Positions 19,957 to 31,100 of a stretch of DNA of 64,000 nt are shown one piece after another (position 1 is the stretch's first letter; the number at the start of each line of letters is the position of its first letter). The stretch lies in the sequence record NC_031039.1; one strand, 5' to 3'. A program made the translations under genes and the position numbers. Under the pieces are notes generated by a model. That model was not told where the DNA came from, did not search any database, and worked only from the letters and a program-made list of their open reading frames with translations.

Positions 19957-20236
19957 TTATCTAAACACAAGTACAAATTCATTAGTAGTGGGAAGGAAAT
20001 ATGGAAAAATCACACGTAAATTAATGGACTTAAATAGATTAGATAAAACTACTGATACCATAGATATTATTTTTCCAGATACTATATTTATGGTATCTCC
20101 TTCATTCTTTCTAGGAATGTTTGAAGATATTTTTATACTATTGGAAAAAGAAAAATTTTTAAAAAAATATAATATAGTTTGTACTTTGTTTATAAAAGAA
20201 TCATTATATAGTGCTATTAATAGAGCTATCAAATAG
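19928..20236 (+). CDS. STAS-like (DUF4325-type) protein
   Basis: GRKYG..R...LD....I.IIFPD.I..VSPSFFLGMF pattern. Confidence 0.55.
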   Translation: MNGKIYNLIDYLNTSTNSLVVGRKYGKITRKLMDLNRLDKTTDTIDIIFPDTIFMVSPSFFLGMFEDIFILLEKEKFLKKYNIVCTLFIKESLYSAINRAIK

Positions 20237-20650
20237 GAGTGTTAAAATGGTTAATATCATAGTACTACTAATTGTTTTATTTTTAATATTTATTGCAACT
20301 TTCGTCTATCAAGAATTTGCAAATACAGGATACGCAATGAGTGATTTTCTAACTGCTATACAAATTATTTCTGGAGGATTAATGTTTTGTATTCTTGCTA
20401 AGTTAATATTTGAAATGTAAATTTATTGTTTAAAAATTGATTTTTCTATAACTAAAATAGAGATTTAGTAACAATTTATCAGAGGAGGAATGTGTAATTG
20501 AAAGTAATGATTGGTTCAACAATGATAGTACTTGCAATCTTATTTCTCTTGTGGTTAGCAATCAGTCCATTATTTGAGAAAATAGGTAGAAGTACCAGAA
20601 AAGTAAAAAATAATATTTTTAAGGGTGATGAGAATGACAGTGAGAAATAA
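20211..20650 (+). CDS. Two small membrane proteins (20211-20420; 20498-20650, not in track)
   Basis: Hydrophobic helices; GGAGG SD before TTG at 20498. Confidence 0.55.
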
Positions 20651-21440
20651 GATTATTGGTGGTATCGTTGCAGGAGTAGTATTAATTGCTGGTTTAATTA
20701 TCTCTATCTTTATGGTTGAGAAAATTCCAAATGGATATGTTGGTGTAGTTTATTCCCCTAATGGTGGAGTAAAAGAGACTACACTTGATCAAGGTTGGCA
20801 TTGGATCAAGCCTTTTGATAAAGTTACAGAATATCCAGTTCGCATGCAAACAGTAAATAATAAAGACATCAAAGTAGCAACATCTGATGGTAAAAACATT
20901 GAAATGGATATTGCTTATAACTATGTTGTACAACCAGATAAAGTAGTAGATGTATTTAATAAGTTTGGTTCAGTTAAAGTTGAACAAATTGAGAATTCAT
21001 ATCTTAAATCACGTTTATGGGATGCCTCTCGTAAAGTGATCTCTAAATATTCAGTAATTGATACTTATGGTCAAAAATCTTCAGAAGCGGCTAGTGAAAT
21101 TCAAAAAACATTTGCTGAAGATATGAAGAAATATGGTTTTATTATTGATGATCTTACTTTAGGTGTGCCAAAGCCAGATAAAGCTACTCAAGATGCAATT
21201 GATGCTAGAGTTAAATCTTCTCAGGAATTAGAACGTTCTCAAACTGAAATCAAGATTGCTAAAGCAGATGCTGAGAGGAAGAAAATTGAAGCTCAAGGTG
21301 TTGCAGATGCCAATGAGATCATTAAGAAGTCTATGTCTAAAGAAATTATTATGAATAAATGGATTGAAAAGTGGGATGGTAAAATGCCAAAAGCAACTGG
21401 TACTAACTCACTTCTTCAACTTCCTTTAGAAGACAAATAA
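20625..21440 (+). CDS. SPFH/prohibitin (band 7) membrane protein
   Basis: N-terminal TM, GYVGVVYS..GG..TL.QGWH..PF, coiled-coil AEA..KIEAQG.A.AN. Confidence 0.9.
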   Translation: MMRMTVRNKIIGGIVAGVVLIAGLIISIFMVEKIPNGYVGVVYSPNGGVKETTLDQGWHWIKPFDKVTEYPVRMQTVNNKDIKVATSDGKNIEMDIAYNYVVQPDKVVDVFNKFGSVKVEQIENSYLKSRLWDASRKVISKYSVIDTYGQKSSEAASEIQKTFAEDMKKYGFIIDDLTLGVPKPDKATQDAIDARVKSSQELERSQTEIKIAKADAERKKIEAQGVADANEIIKKSMSKEIIMNKWIEKWDGKMPKATGTNSLLQLPLEDK

Positions 21441-21465
21441 CTTTAAAATAGGAATTAGAGTCTAG

Positions 21466-23291
21466 TTGACTCTAATTCCTATTATTAATTTACATAGGAG
21501 GATTTTAATGACTGATATTTACTATAAGCTGTTATATTATATTAGCGAGAATGGTAAACCAAAAGTAACAGTAGCAACATTACAGTGGTTTGATGAACTT
21601 GACGATAATGATAAGTATCTAAAAGATGAAGATGGGGATGACCTACTGTTTTACAATGAAGAAGAAGCTGTTCAATGGTTATTGGATAATTTTCAAGAAA
21701 ATGAAATTGATTCAGAATATCTAAATAAGTAAAGGAAAATAATATGAATCAAAAAATATTACCAGTAAGAATCGTCTTTACACCTATGTCTAAATGTCCT
21801 TATTGTAATGATAAAATGATTAATCATAATTATCATCTATGTCATATAAATTACAATAATATTAAAGGTACTATGAATATAAGAACTAATGAACAAGGAG
21901 AAGAAAACTTATGTTTAAATTATTCTCAAAGAAAAATAAACCTAAATTCTGTAAAGAATGTGGTAAGGAATTTATTAGTGAACATTGGGCAGTCTGTCAA
22001 AATTGTCTTAAAAAAAGAAACTGGTGGTCTTAAAAGTAAAGGGAGGAATTAATTATGAAAACAACAATTACTGCTGAGGAATTAGTACAAGCGTATAAGA
22101 AGACCGGTATTAAACCAATAAATAAAGTATATGTAAATCCAGTGATTAACTGTGGGTGTGCTTTATCAGTTCTATCCATTAATAATAGTAATGGTAATTT
22201 GTCATTAAGTAAAATTAATGCTATTAGAGATACTGAGGAATTGGAGAAAATCTTTAGAGATAAAATTGGTCTTGATCCAAGTTATAATATTGATGCCTTC
22301 ATGGATGGTTTTGATTGTATTATGAGTGGAAAAATGGATACTAAAGAATGGAATGAAGGCTATAAATGTGCAAATATAGTTAAAGAAGAATTTTCAATCA
22401 ATGATCTAAGTCAGGGAGTTTAATCATGGAAGATATGATTCTATTTAGTATTGAGTTAACACCATCTGAACGTGATATTTATGAAGTAGAATTAAAGAAT
22501 AGAATTTCTAATTTGATGAAATTAAGAGTAGTTAAAAGTAATAGTAAAGAAATAGATAAACGTATTTATGTCCTTAGAAAGATTTTAAAAAAATTAAGGG
22601 ATAATGGAGGACAAGAATAATGGAAAAGAAATCTGTAAAAGACTTATTAAAATTAAGAATTAATAAAATCTCATTAGATAATGAATTTAGCAAAATAAAT
22701 GAAGATGATATCGAAAAAATTACTAATGAAATTCTTGATAATATTGATAAAACAATATTAACTAAACATGATTTTGATCATTATTTAAGAAATAATGTAA
22801 ATCCTCATATTATTGATGATATTGTTCTAGAAGCAATAAAAAAGTATCTATATGGGACAATAAAACCATATTATACACCAGATACTAAAAACTATGTATT
22901 TTTACTATTAATGAACAATGGAACCTACGAAAGAGATTTTGATGAATCTGGTATTGGATATTCAGATGAACAAATTGAGAAAAATGAAAATCTAGCTGTT
23001 TTAAAAACATTCTTAACTATTATTAGTCTTGAAACAATCACTGGTGGAGAAGAGAATGTTGAAAAGCATGTTAAGCAATTAATGAAAGATTATGGAGTAA
23101 GTAGAGATAGAATTAAGCATTTTTCTATTAATTAAAGGAGGATTATCATGAAATTTAAATTAACTGACTTACAAGGAAATAAAATCATGACTTATCATGC
23201 AAATAGTAAAACTGAGGCTACTAATTATTTTAGGAATTATTTAAATACAATAGGTAAAAACCTTAGAGGACTAAAAGTAATTGGGGAATAA
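21466..23291 (+). CDS. Cluster of six small early hypothetical proteins (21466-21732, 21744-22052, 22055-22423, 22426-22620, 22620-23135, 23148-23291)
   Basis: Tightly packed SD-led ORFs ending at the terminator 23294-23331. Confidence 0.55.
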
Positions 23292-23293
23292 TA

Positions 23294-23331
23294 AATAAAG
23301 GATAGAGACTATTTAGTCTTTATCCTTTATT
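23294..23331. terminator. Bidirectional terminator between convergent operons
   Basis: AATAAAGGATAGAGACT...AGTCTTTATCCTTTATT then poly-T. Confidence 0.8.
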
Positions 23332-25099
23332 TTTTTTTTGTATACTCAAAGACTAAATTTCCACAATCCCAAATTCTATCATAACCAGCTTCTCTCATAA
23401 TTTGAATTTCTGTTTTATCATTACTATAAATTTCTGGAAATAATTCTTTTAATCTTTGTTTTCTATAGTTGTATCTATGTGAAAGACTCAATTTATTTTT
23501 ATTAAAATACCAATAATTTGGCTGAGAGTTATGCATAAAGTGAAAGCTATTTTTATGATATACATTTCCTTCTGACCATCTTAAATCAGCATATGTTATG
23601 ATTTTATTCCAATCATAATTCTTTTTAAAATAACTGAATAATTTTCCAAAACTACCTATTACATTATAGTCTCTTTCTGTAGCAAATCTACTTAATTCAT
23701 AGTCATATTTATTCCCTTTTTGCCCTAAGCTAACTCTAGGTTTACAGAATGTCATTACTGCTACTAACTCATCACCCTCATTCCTTGGATACCATAGTCC
23801 TAGTTTAATAGTAGAGTTATCAGATCCTTGAATATGATTTTTATCTAAAAAATCTCTTTTCACATTATTCTGAATTTCTTCTATATAACATTTTCTAGCA
23901 TATATTTTTTCTCCATTATTTAAACCTAAAATATGTTTTATCTTTCCCTTTATAAGTTCTTTATTATCAATCCACTCATTCTCAAATAAATGAATTAATC
24001 TTATACCCTTTTCATTACATTTTTTCAATTTATTTAAATGGTAGTTTCTATCTTTTCCTTGAGATTCACCATGCCAATATAAACCGTTATATTCAATTGC
24101 TATTTTCTTTGAAGGTATATAAATATCCAGTTCTAAACCTTCAAGTATTTTTCTGTCTGATAGAATTACATTAGTGCTATTGGGGAGAATTTGTTTAATA
24201 TAATCATATAATTCAATCTCATCTTTTGAATTATGTTTCTTTAGTTGACATCTGGGACAATCTCTTTTAACTTTTTTACCTCTTGAATTACCATGTAAAA
24301 TATCGACCGGTCTAACCTCCCAAGAATAACCACATGAATGCTCAATAACTATTGGAGTTTTATTATTAATATATCTACTCTTAATTGTATAATCATTACT
24401 ATTAAATATTCTATAAAAATCTTCTTTAAAACCATTAGATCCTTTATTTTTTGGTTTTTTATTACATATATTACACCTTTTTCTTTTTAGGAAATTAGTT
24501 GGTGTAATAAAGAAATTATGAGAATCACTAGTATTGTGTCTCATCTCAATTTTATCTTGAGAGCTAATATATTCTCCTAATACAGTATATTCATCTCCTA
24601 CTAAATCATATACTTCTTTAATAAACATTTCAGTAGTCTTTGTCTTTTTCCTTTTTATTAGTTTCTTAGTACAATCAGGACATCTTGAACCCTTACTGAG
24701 AAAGTCATTAGGTCTTTTTTTAAATTCCTTATTACAGATGTTATGTCTAAGTAATACTAGTTTAGAACTATTAATATATTCTCCTAATACAGTATATTCA
24801 TCCCCTACTAAATCATACACTTCTTTAATAAACATTTCAGTAGTCTTATTTTTTCTTTTAGATATTCTCTCTGATTTATGTAAAGGACATCTATTACCTG
24901 CATTTAAAAAGCCATTTGGTGTGACATAGTATTCATGACTGCATTTTTCATGTTTCATTTTTATTTTATTATTAGTTCCAGTATATTCTCCTAATACAGT
25001 ATATTCATCCCCTACTAATTCATACACTTCTTTAATAAACATTTCAGTAGTCTTCTTTTTAGGCAAAACAATCATCCTTTTATATAAATTGGATTTCAA
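23327..25099 (-). CDS. Free-standing homing endonuclease-like protein (zinc-ribbon repeats + PD-(D/E)xK + Hef-like C-terminus)
   Basis: Repeats KTTEMFIKEVY.LVGDEYTVLGEY..H..C...RCP.C; ELDIYIPSKKIAIEYNGLYWH; C-terminal YELSRFA..YADLRWS..IWDCG. Confidence 0.75.
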   Translation of the reverse strand: MKSNLYKRMIVLPKKKTTEMFIKEVYELVGDEYTVLGEYTGTNNKIKMKHEKCSHEYYVTPNGFLNAGNRCPLHKSERISKRKNKTTEMFIKEVYDLVGDEYTVLGEYINSSKLVLLRHNICNKEFKKRPNDFLSKGSRCPDCTKKLIKRKKTKTTEMFIKEVYDLVGDEYTVLGEYISSQDKIEMRHNTSDSHNFFITPTNFLKRKRCNICNKKPKNKGSNGFKEDFYRIFNSNDYTIKSRYINNKTPIVIEHSCGYSWEVRPVDILHGNSRGKKVKRDCPRCQLKKHNSKDEIELYDYIKQILPNSTNVILSDRKILEGLELDIYIPSKKIAIEYNGLYWHGESQGKDRNYHLNKLKKCNEKGIRLIHLFENEWIDNKELIKGKIKHILGLNNGEKIYARKCYIEEIQNNVKRDFLDKNHIQGSDNSTIKLGLWYPRNEGDELVAVMTFCKPRVSLGQKGNKYDYELSRFATERDYNVIGSFGKLFSYFKKNYDWNKIITYADLRWSEGNVYHKNSFHFMHNSQPNYWYFNKNKLSLSHRYNYRKQRLKELFPEIYSNDKTEIQIMREAGYDRIWDCGNLVFEYTKKK

Positions 25100-25129
25100 C
25101 TATTATTTTGTTTAGTTGAAATCCAATTT
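25086..25129 (-). promoter_or_regulatory. 17-bp inverted repeat whose 10-nt loop is exactly the late promoter AACA-N6
   Basis: Arms 25086-25102 and 25113-25129; minus-strand loop AACAAAATAA followed by TA. Confidence 0.6.
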
Positions 25130-25145
25130 GTTTATCAATAAAAAA

Positions 25146-28100
25146 TTATTCTGAATATATTTTACCAATTTCTCGTTTAAGATGTACTAATGCTTTGTTT
25201 AAATATAGAGCATTATAAATATCAACGGTCATGCGTGAAACGATACTTAATGGACTCATAATGGCTTCAATGTTCTCATCTGGATCATTCTCACTAAAAG
25301 GCTCTTGATCTTTAGGAATAACATCAGATACAATTGTCTTAAGTGCTGTATAATACGTAATCTTATCTCCAATACCAAGTTCATCATCATACTCAATATA
25401 AATCTCAATGAGTAGTCCATCTACCTCAGTACCTTTAATTTTCTCACCTGATTGCTTTTGAATAGGTTTAAGATTAACAGAAGTCAGATCATTAGTAACA
25501 GACTTAATCTTATCTTCTTTCTTCTTACTATCTTTAATATAGTTCTTCAGAATCTTTTGTACTGAAGGAGAAAACTCACTGATATCCTTATTGTAATACA
25601 TTACAACATCTACAATCTTACCAGTATATTTAGAACTTACCTTGTTCTTAGATAACTCATTAATAGTCTCATTAAAGTCATCTCCTAGTTTATCTAAGAG
25701 TTGGTTGAGTGATTTATCTTCAAAGGAGTTTTCAAAGATAATCAATGGATCACCAGTCTTAACCATATCGCCTTTCTTAACAATAAAGTCAATGTTTGAG
25801 TTAACTCCAAGAGCAAGTTCTTTCTTCATAGTAATTTTAGTAGATAGGTCTTGAGATAAGCTTTCTGTGATAATACTACTATCTTCATACGTGTAATCTG
25901 CGCTTGCTAGTGCTACTTTACAAAGCTTCCCTGTAGTATACGTGATATCATCTTTCTTATCGCCAAGGAAGTAACTTGGATTCTTCGCTAGGATATCATC
26001 TTTTTTGAATTTCTCTCCTACTTTGATAATGAGTTCTTTACGATTAGCAATGTAAACAATTATCTTCCACCAAATTCGCTAGTTTTGGTGCGCCCTCTAA
26101 CGGACTGCTCCATGTTACCATGAAGTTGAGACTATATCTTCAAAGTTCCCTGTTTCCCAGTATACATAAATAAAAGTATACCAGATTTCATCTCAGAAAC
26201 CTGCCACCAATCGCTTGTGGGGTACTCTACTCATCTTTATTAATAAGATTTTCGATAGTCGTTGAACGTTCTCTATTAGTTTAATAGAGCTTCGCTTCTG
26301 ATTATCCTTTTAATAAGGACTTCCCAGAAATTAAAGGAATTTAACGTGAGCCTTTAAACCCACCATTACTATTCTTACTCATATGCTCGGAGAGATCAAT
26401 GACGTCTTTCTTACCATCATTATAACGAACGACAGCTAGTTCATGTTCTTCATCTATGGACTCTAGAACCCCATCTTTTTTTGCTCTAAACACAAAGTCG
26501 TCACTTAGAATATAAGCAACAGTCTTCTCTACACCACTACCAAATAGAGGTTTAGATTGCTTTGTGGTAGGAATGATCGTTAACTTCCATTAGATTCGCT
26601 ACGTCTAATGCGTTCTCTTATGAACTGCTCTATATTTCTATAGAGACGAGACTATATCACTATCCTTATCTATTAAGGATAACCCCCATTTCCATTTAAG
26701 GGATTCTCACCCACTCCAATCGCTTGAGCCGTACTCCTATTGCGGAATTTCACCGCTACTCACAATCCTAAGATTGCTTTCGGATAGTCGTTGAACCTTA
26801 CTCATAAAGAGTCTTGGATGCTGATTGCCCATATATCCTTTAGATTGTTACACTTTGGTACTAAAGGCTTTAGGATTTTCCAGCAGTTAAAGGGTTTTGC
26901 TAGCAATATTACTACTACTAGGCACGAATCATGCTTTTGCTGCGTTGTTTGCATTCCAACGCGCGGTGGGTCGGCATGACGAGCAGTAAAGGAGTTTAAT
27001 AACTCTGCCGGACCATAGATATTTGTCGTATTATTTTTTGTATTTGGATTGGTGTCTAAGAATCCTCGTGTGTTTTTGAATGCTGGATCAAAAGTTAACT
27101 GTCTAACCCATTACCTTCATATAGGTTCGCTACGCCTATACCGTTCTCTTATGAACTGCTCTATGTTACCATAGAGATGAGACTATATCTTTATCTAGTC
27201 AAAAAAAAAAGAAAGGAGATGACTAGATATCTCCCATTTCCATTTAAGGGATTCTCACCCACTCCAATCGCTTGAGCCGTACTCCTATTGTGTGTTAACC
27301 ACTAAAGGATAGTCGTTGAACGTTACTCTCGTTATAATTAAAAATAATTTATAAAACCGTTTTTCTCAGCAATTTCTTTTCTAAAAGTAATTGCTAGTTC
27401 TTTAGCTTTTTCAAAACCATATTTATTGACTGCAAATGTTTTAATAAATTTTTTATGATTAACACGGATTTCAGATTCCCATCTATTTTTCTTTTTAGAA
27501 TATCTTATTCCTTTAATTCCAGAAGTATTATCGTTTCTTAGTGATGTATTTCTATTATTCATCATTTGAGAAACCTCACGCAAATTACTTTTTCTATTAT
27601 TTAAACTATTTCTATCTATATGATCAATTACATTATTATTATCTTTAATATCCATTAGGTATCTATGAAGCTTTCCACCTGAATTACTTGAAATATAAAA
27701 TGAATTATTTCTTTTAGACCAGATAGCTCTCCAAACATGCTTATTTATTTTATCAATATCTTCAATATCAATTTGAGATTTTACGATACCATATGTTTTT
27801 GAAAAAGTAACTAATAATGCATGATCATCTAATACTTCAATAAAATTATATGCTCTTTTTCCTTCTTTTAATGTTTTCATAGCTATACGCTCACTATAAT
27901 CTCCATATAAAACTTCTGAATAATGTGCAAGGGAATTTGATTTCTTTTCTTTATTATAGAAACTTACTCTCCATAATTTTTGTTCTTTTAGATATATTAT
28001 TTTATTTTTTTCCATAATAGTAGCTCTCCTTTTTAACTTACTACTATTATAATATATATTTAACGAGAGTCTTCGATACGGATTGTCCTATTATTAGGAG

Positions 28101-31100
28101 TTTCCCGTAGTTAGAGAGATTTTATCATTATATATCACTATATAAGGGGGCAGTTTAATTCACCCCAACTTTCATTATCTTCCACTAGATTCGCTACATC
28201 TAATGCGTTCTCTTATGAACTGCTTCATGTTACCATGAAGATGAGACTATATCATCATCCTATTAGGATGCCTCCCATTTCCAACTCCAATCGCTTGAGT
28301 TGTACTCTACTCCCTTCCTTCTAACTAGCGTTATCACAACGATCTGTTAGAGTGGTTTCGATAGTCGTTGAACCTTACTCTAATGAGTCTTGGATGCTGA
28401 TTGTCCTTAAAGGATTTTCCAGCAGTTAAAGAGGTTTACTTATAATATTTCTATTATAAGGGACTATTATAAATCTTGTCTGGGAATTCAAGAATTATAA
28501 TAATTCAATCCGAGTCGGGTGTTGACATTGCCATGATTCCACGCATACTAGGGTCATAAGCACGAATATCAGTTGTGTAAGCATCCGTTTTCTTCATATA
28601 GGTTCGCTACACCTATACCGTTCCTTAGAACTGCTCTAAGTTTCCTTAGAGACGAGACTATATCATCACTTAAAAAGTGCCTCCCATTTCCAGCCTCAAT
28701 CGCTTAGACTGTACTCTACTCCCTTCCACTAACTAGCATTATTGTAATGATCTGTTAGAGTGGTTTCGATAGTCGTTGAACCTTTACCTTATTACAAATA
28801 ATTTGTAACTTAGGTACTTGGTTGCTTATGATTACCCAATCCTTTAAATTTTTACCATACCTGAATTGTTATATTCAGCCATCTATTATGTTTCCATATA
28901 GATTTGGTATTAAAGGCTCTAAGGGTGTTCCAGCAGTTAAAGAGGTTTTAATTGGACTAAACACTTTAATCCAAGTTTCTTCCTGAAAGCCCCTTGTAAG
29001 TAGCCGCACCACCCTTTTCAATTTCCAAAGAAGGGTTAAGGACACTATATTCATCGACAGTAGGTGAATTCATTAATGTCTTTAATAGAATATCCTGTGG
29101 AACAGACATCTTAATAGGATTACCAGCTTTCAGTGTATCCTTATACGTTTTAAATGAATCTGCCAAGATTTTATATAAGTAGGCATTTACTTGCTCAGTA
29201 CCACGAATTCGATATGAACTCATATCATTCAGTGGACTATAGCTCATATCTTCCAATAAGGTATTCGCATACAACAATATGTCATAGATATTCTCAGGTA
29301 ATTCTAACTGTTTCAGTACATCTAATGTGATAGGATCAACCATTAGAGATAGAGTATTATGAAGACCTTTACCCATATTTCTGCTACCGAACATCTCATA
29401 GAAAGTTTCAATATAAGGATCTTTAGAGTTCATTTCTTCAAATGTATACTCTTCAGTAGCCATTGTACTTAGACCACTTAATAATAGGGAATTTCTCAAT
29501 AAAGAATTATTATAATATAGGTATCCATCTTTAAAACGGATCTTGTCATAGTCATCATCAATTGTAATTCTCTTATTCTTAGTATCAAAGCTATATTCAA
29601 TATTATATCTTTCTAATAAATCTTCTAATCCTAATTCATATCCAAGAAGAACCACAAGGGGAATCATTCTATTATTGATACGAACTCGGTTATATGCTAG
29701 AGACTTAGAATTACTTAAAGAAGATAATTTTTTATAAGCTTCCTCACTAAGTGAAGTAACAATAACTTTAATAATGAGTTCTGAAAGACTCATATCAGTA
29801 TTTTCTTGTTTCTTATTATTAATCAGATAAACTCTTTTACTTGAACGCTTAAGAGCAATAACGTTTTCATTATCTTTTGTATGACCGATTGGTAAGAATT
29901 GTTTATCGTCAATATTAATCTTAGCAAGCTTAGCCATATTATCAAGATCACTTTTCAATAAATCTTCTACTTCTTTTTGACTGAACATAAGTTTATATTC
30001 ATCATTCTCTAAGCTTAGAAGGAAGGAAGAGATCTCATTATATTCAAGAGTTGTTTCATATCCCTCATTAATTGTAAGAGCATTACCTAAGCGATAATTA
30101 AACTTCTTACCTGATACCTTAAATTCATTTAAATCCATACCAAAGAGTTTCTTAAGTTTCTCAGTTTTATGAGATAGTTTAGAACCAAAACGCATGACAA
30201 AGAATTTATTATAGTTAGTAGTAATCTGAACTTCATCAGGTTTTGTTTTTACAATTGGTAGAGATAGAATTTGTTTCAAAATCAATTTTTTACCACCATT
30301 AATATTCATAAACCTACCATCTCTGATAATAGGATAATCGAATTTAACAGTATGCTTTACATTACGGTCATCTTGGAAAGTAACAGTATAAGTTAGTTTC
30401 TTTGATAAATCAGTAGATGTGTCTTCTGTTTTAATATCACTTACAAATAATTTAACATCACTATCTCCATTAAATGATGAAAGAACTGCAACTAAGTCTT
30501 TTTTCATCTGTTTCTCAAAGTAGCTCATATCAAAATCTTTAAGATTTGAATATCTAGTTTCTTCTTGAATGACATTTGTATTGGTAATTGGCTTTCGGTC
30601 AATACTTGTTGATTTAAAGTCATCAATAATATCCTGAATATTAATATCATCAAGAGTAACTTGTTTTTGTTTTTCTTTTAAACGTTCAAGAGTCTTTCTC
30701 TGTTTAATTTCATCTCCACCAGTAGACTGAAGCTCTTTAAGAGTTGAAACATCAGCTTTTAATTCCTTACTGTTATTTAAGATATCAATGATTTCATCTT
30801 CACTTTTATCAAGAATATCTTCATCACTTGAATCAATAGCTTTTTCAATATCATCACCAATCTTATCAGTAACTTCAATTGCACTACTAGATAGTTTTGT
30901 ATTTCCATCGATTTGGAAATTACTTAATAATTTTTCTTTAACTTTTTCAGATTTTTCTTTTACTAATGCATCTCTCTTGTTTTCTGTTTCTTGAGTTGCC
31001 TCTTCCTTACCTAGAGGTTTTTCATCATTATTAGTCTTCTGATGATTTGCTGTTTTAATAAGAATATTTAATGCATTAAGGAATCTATTTGCAAGAAGAT

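Larger units (their letters stand above)
27109..28161 (-). mobile_element. Group I intron 3 of RNAP beta (1053 nt) carrying an endonuclease in P6
   Basis: P1 GGGGU|/GCCCC; P7 elements; terminal G; ORF inside the P6 extension. Confidence 0.9.

Noticed and set aside
25146-25829. Independent 227-aa gene
   Set aside because: Frame is open upstream to 26056; it is the last exon of the spliced RNAP beta gene
26791-26979. 62-aa + strand ORF
   Set aside because: Antisense to exon 4 and intron 4 of the RNAP beta gene
27201-27210. Poly-A tract as a slippage or phase-variation site
   Set aside because: Lies in a non-coding peripheral loop of intron 3
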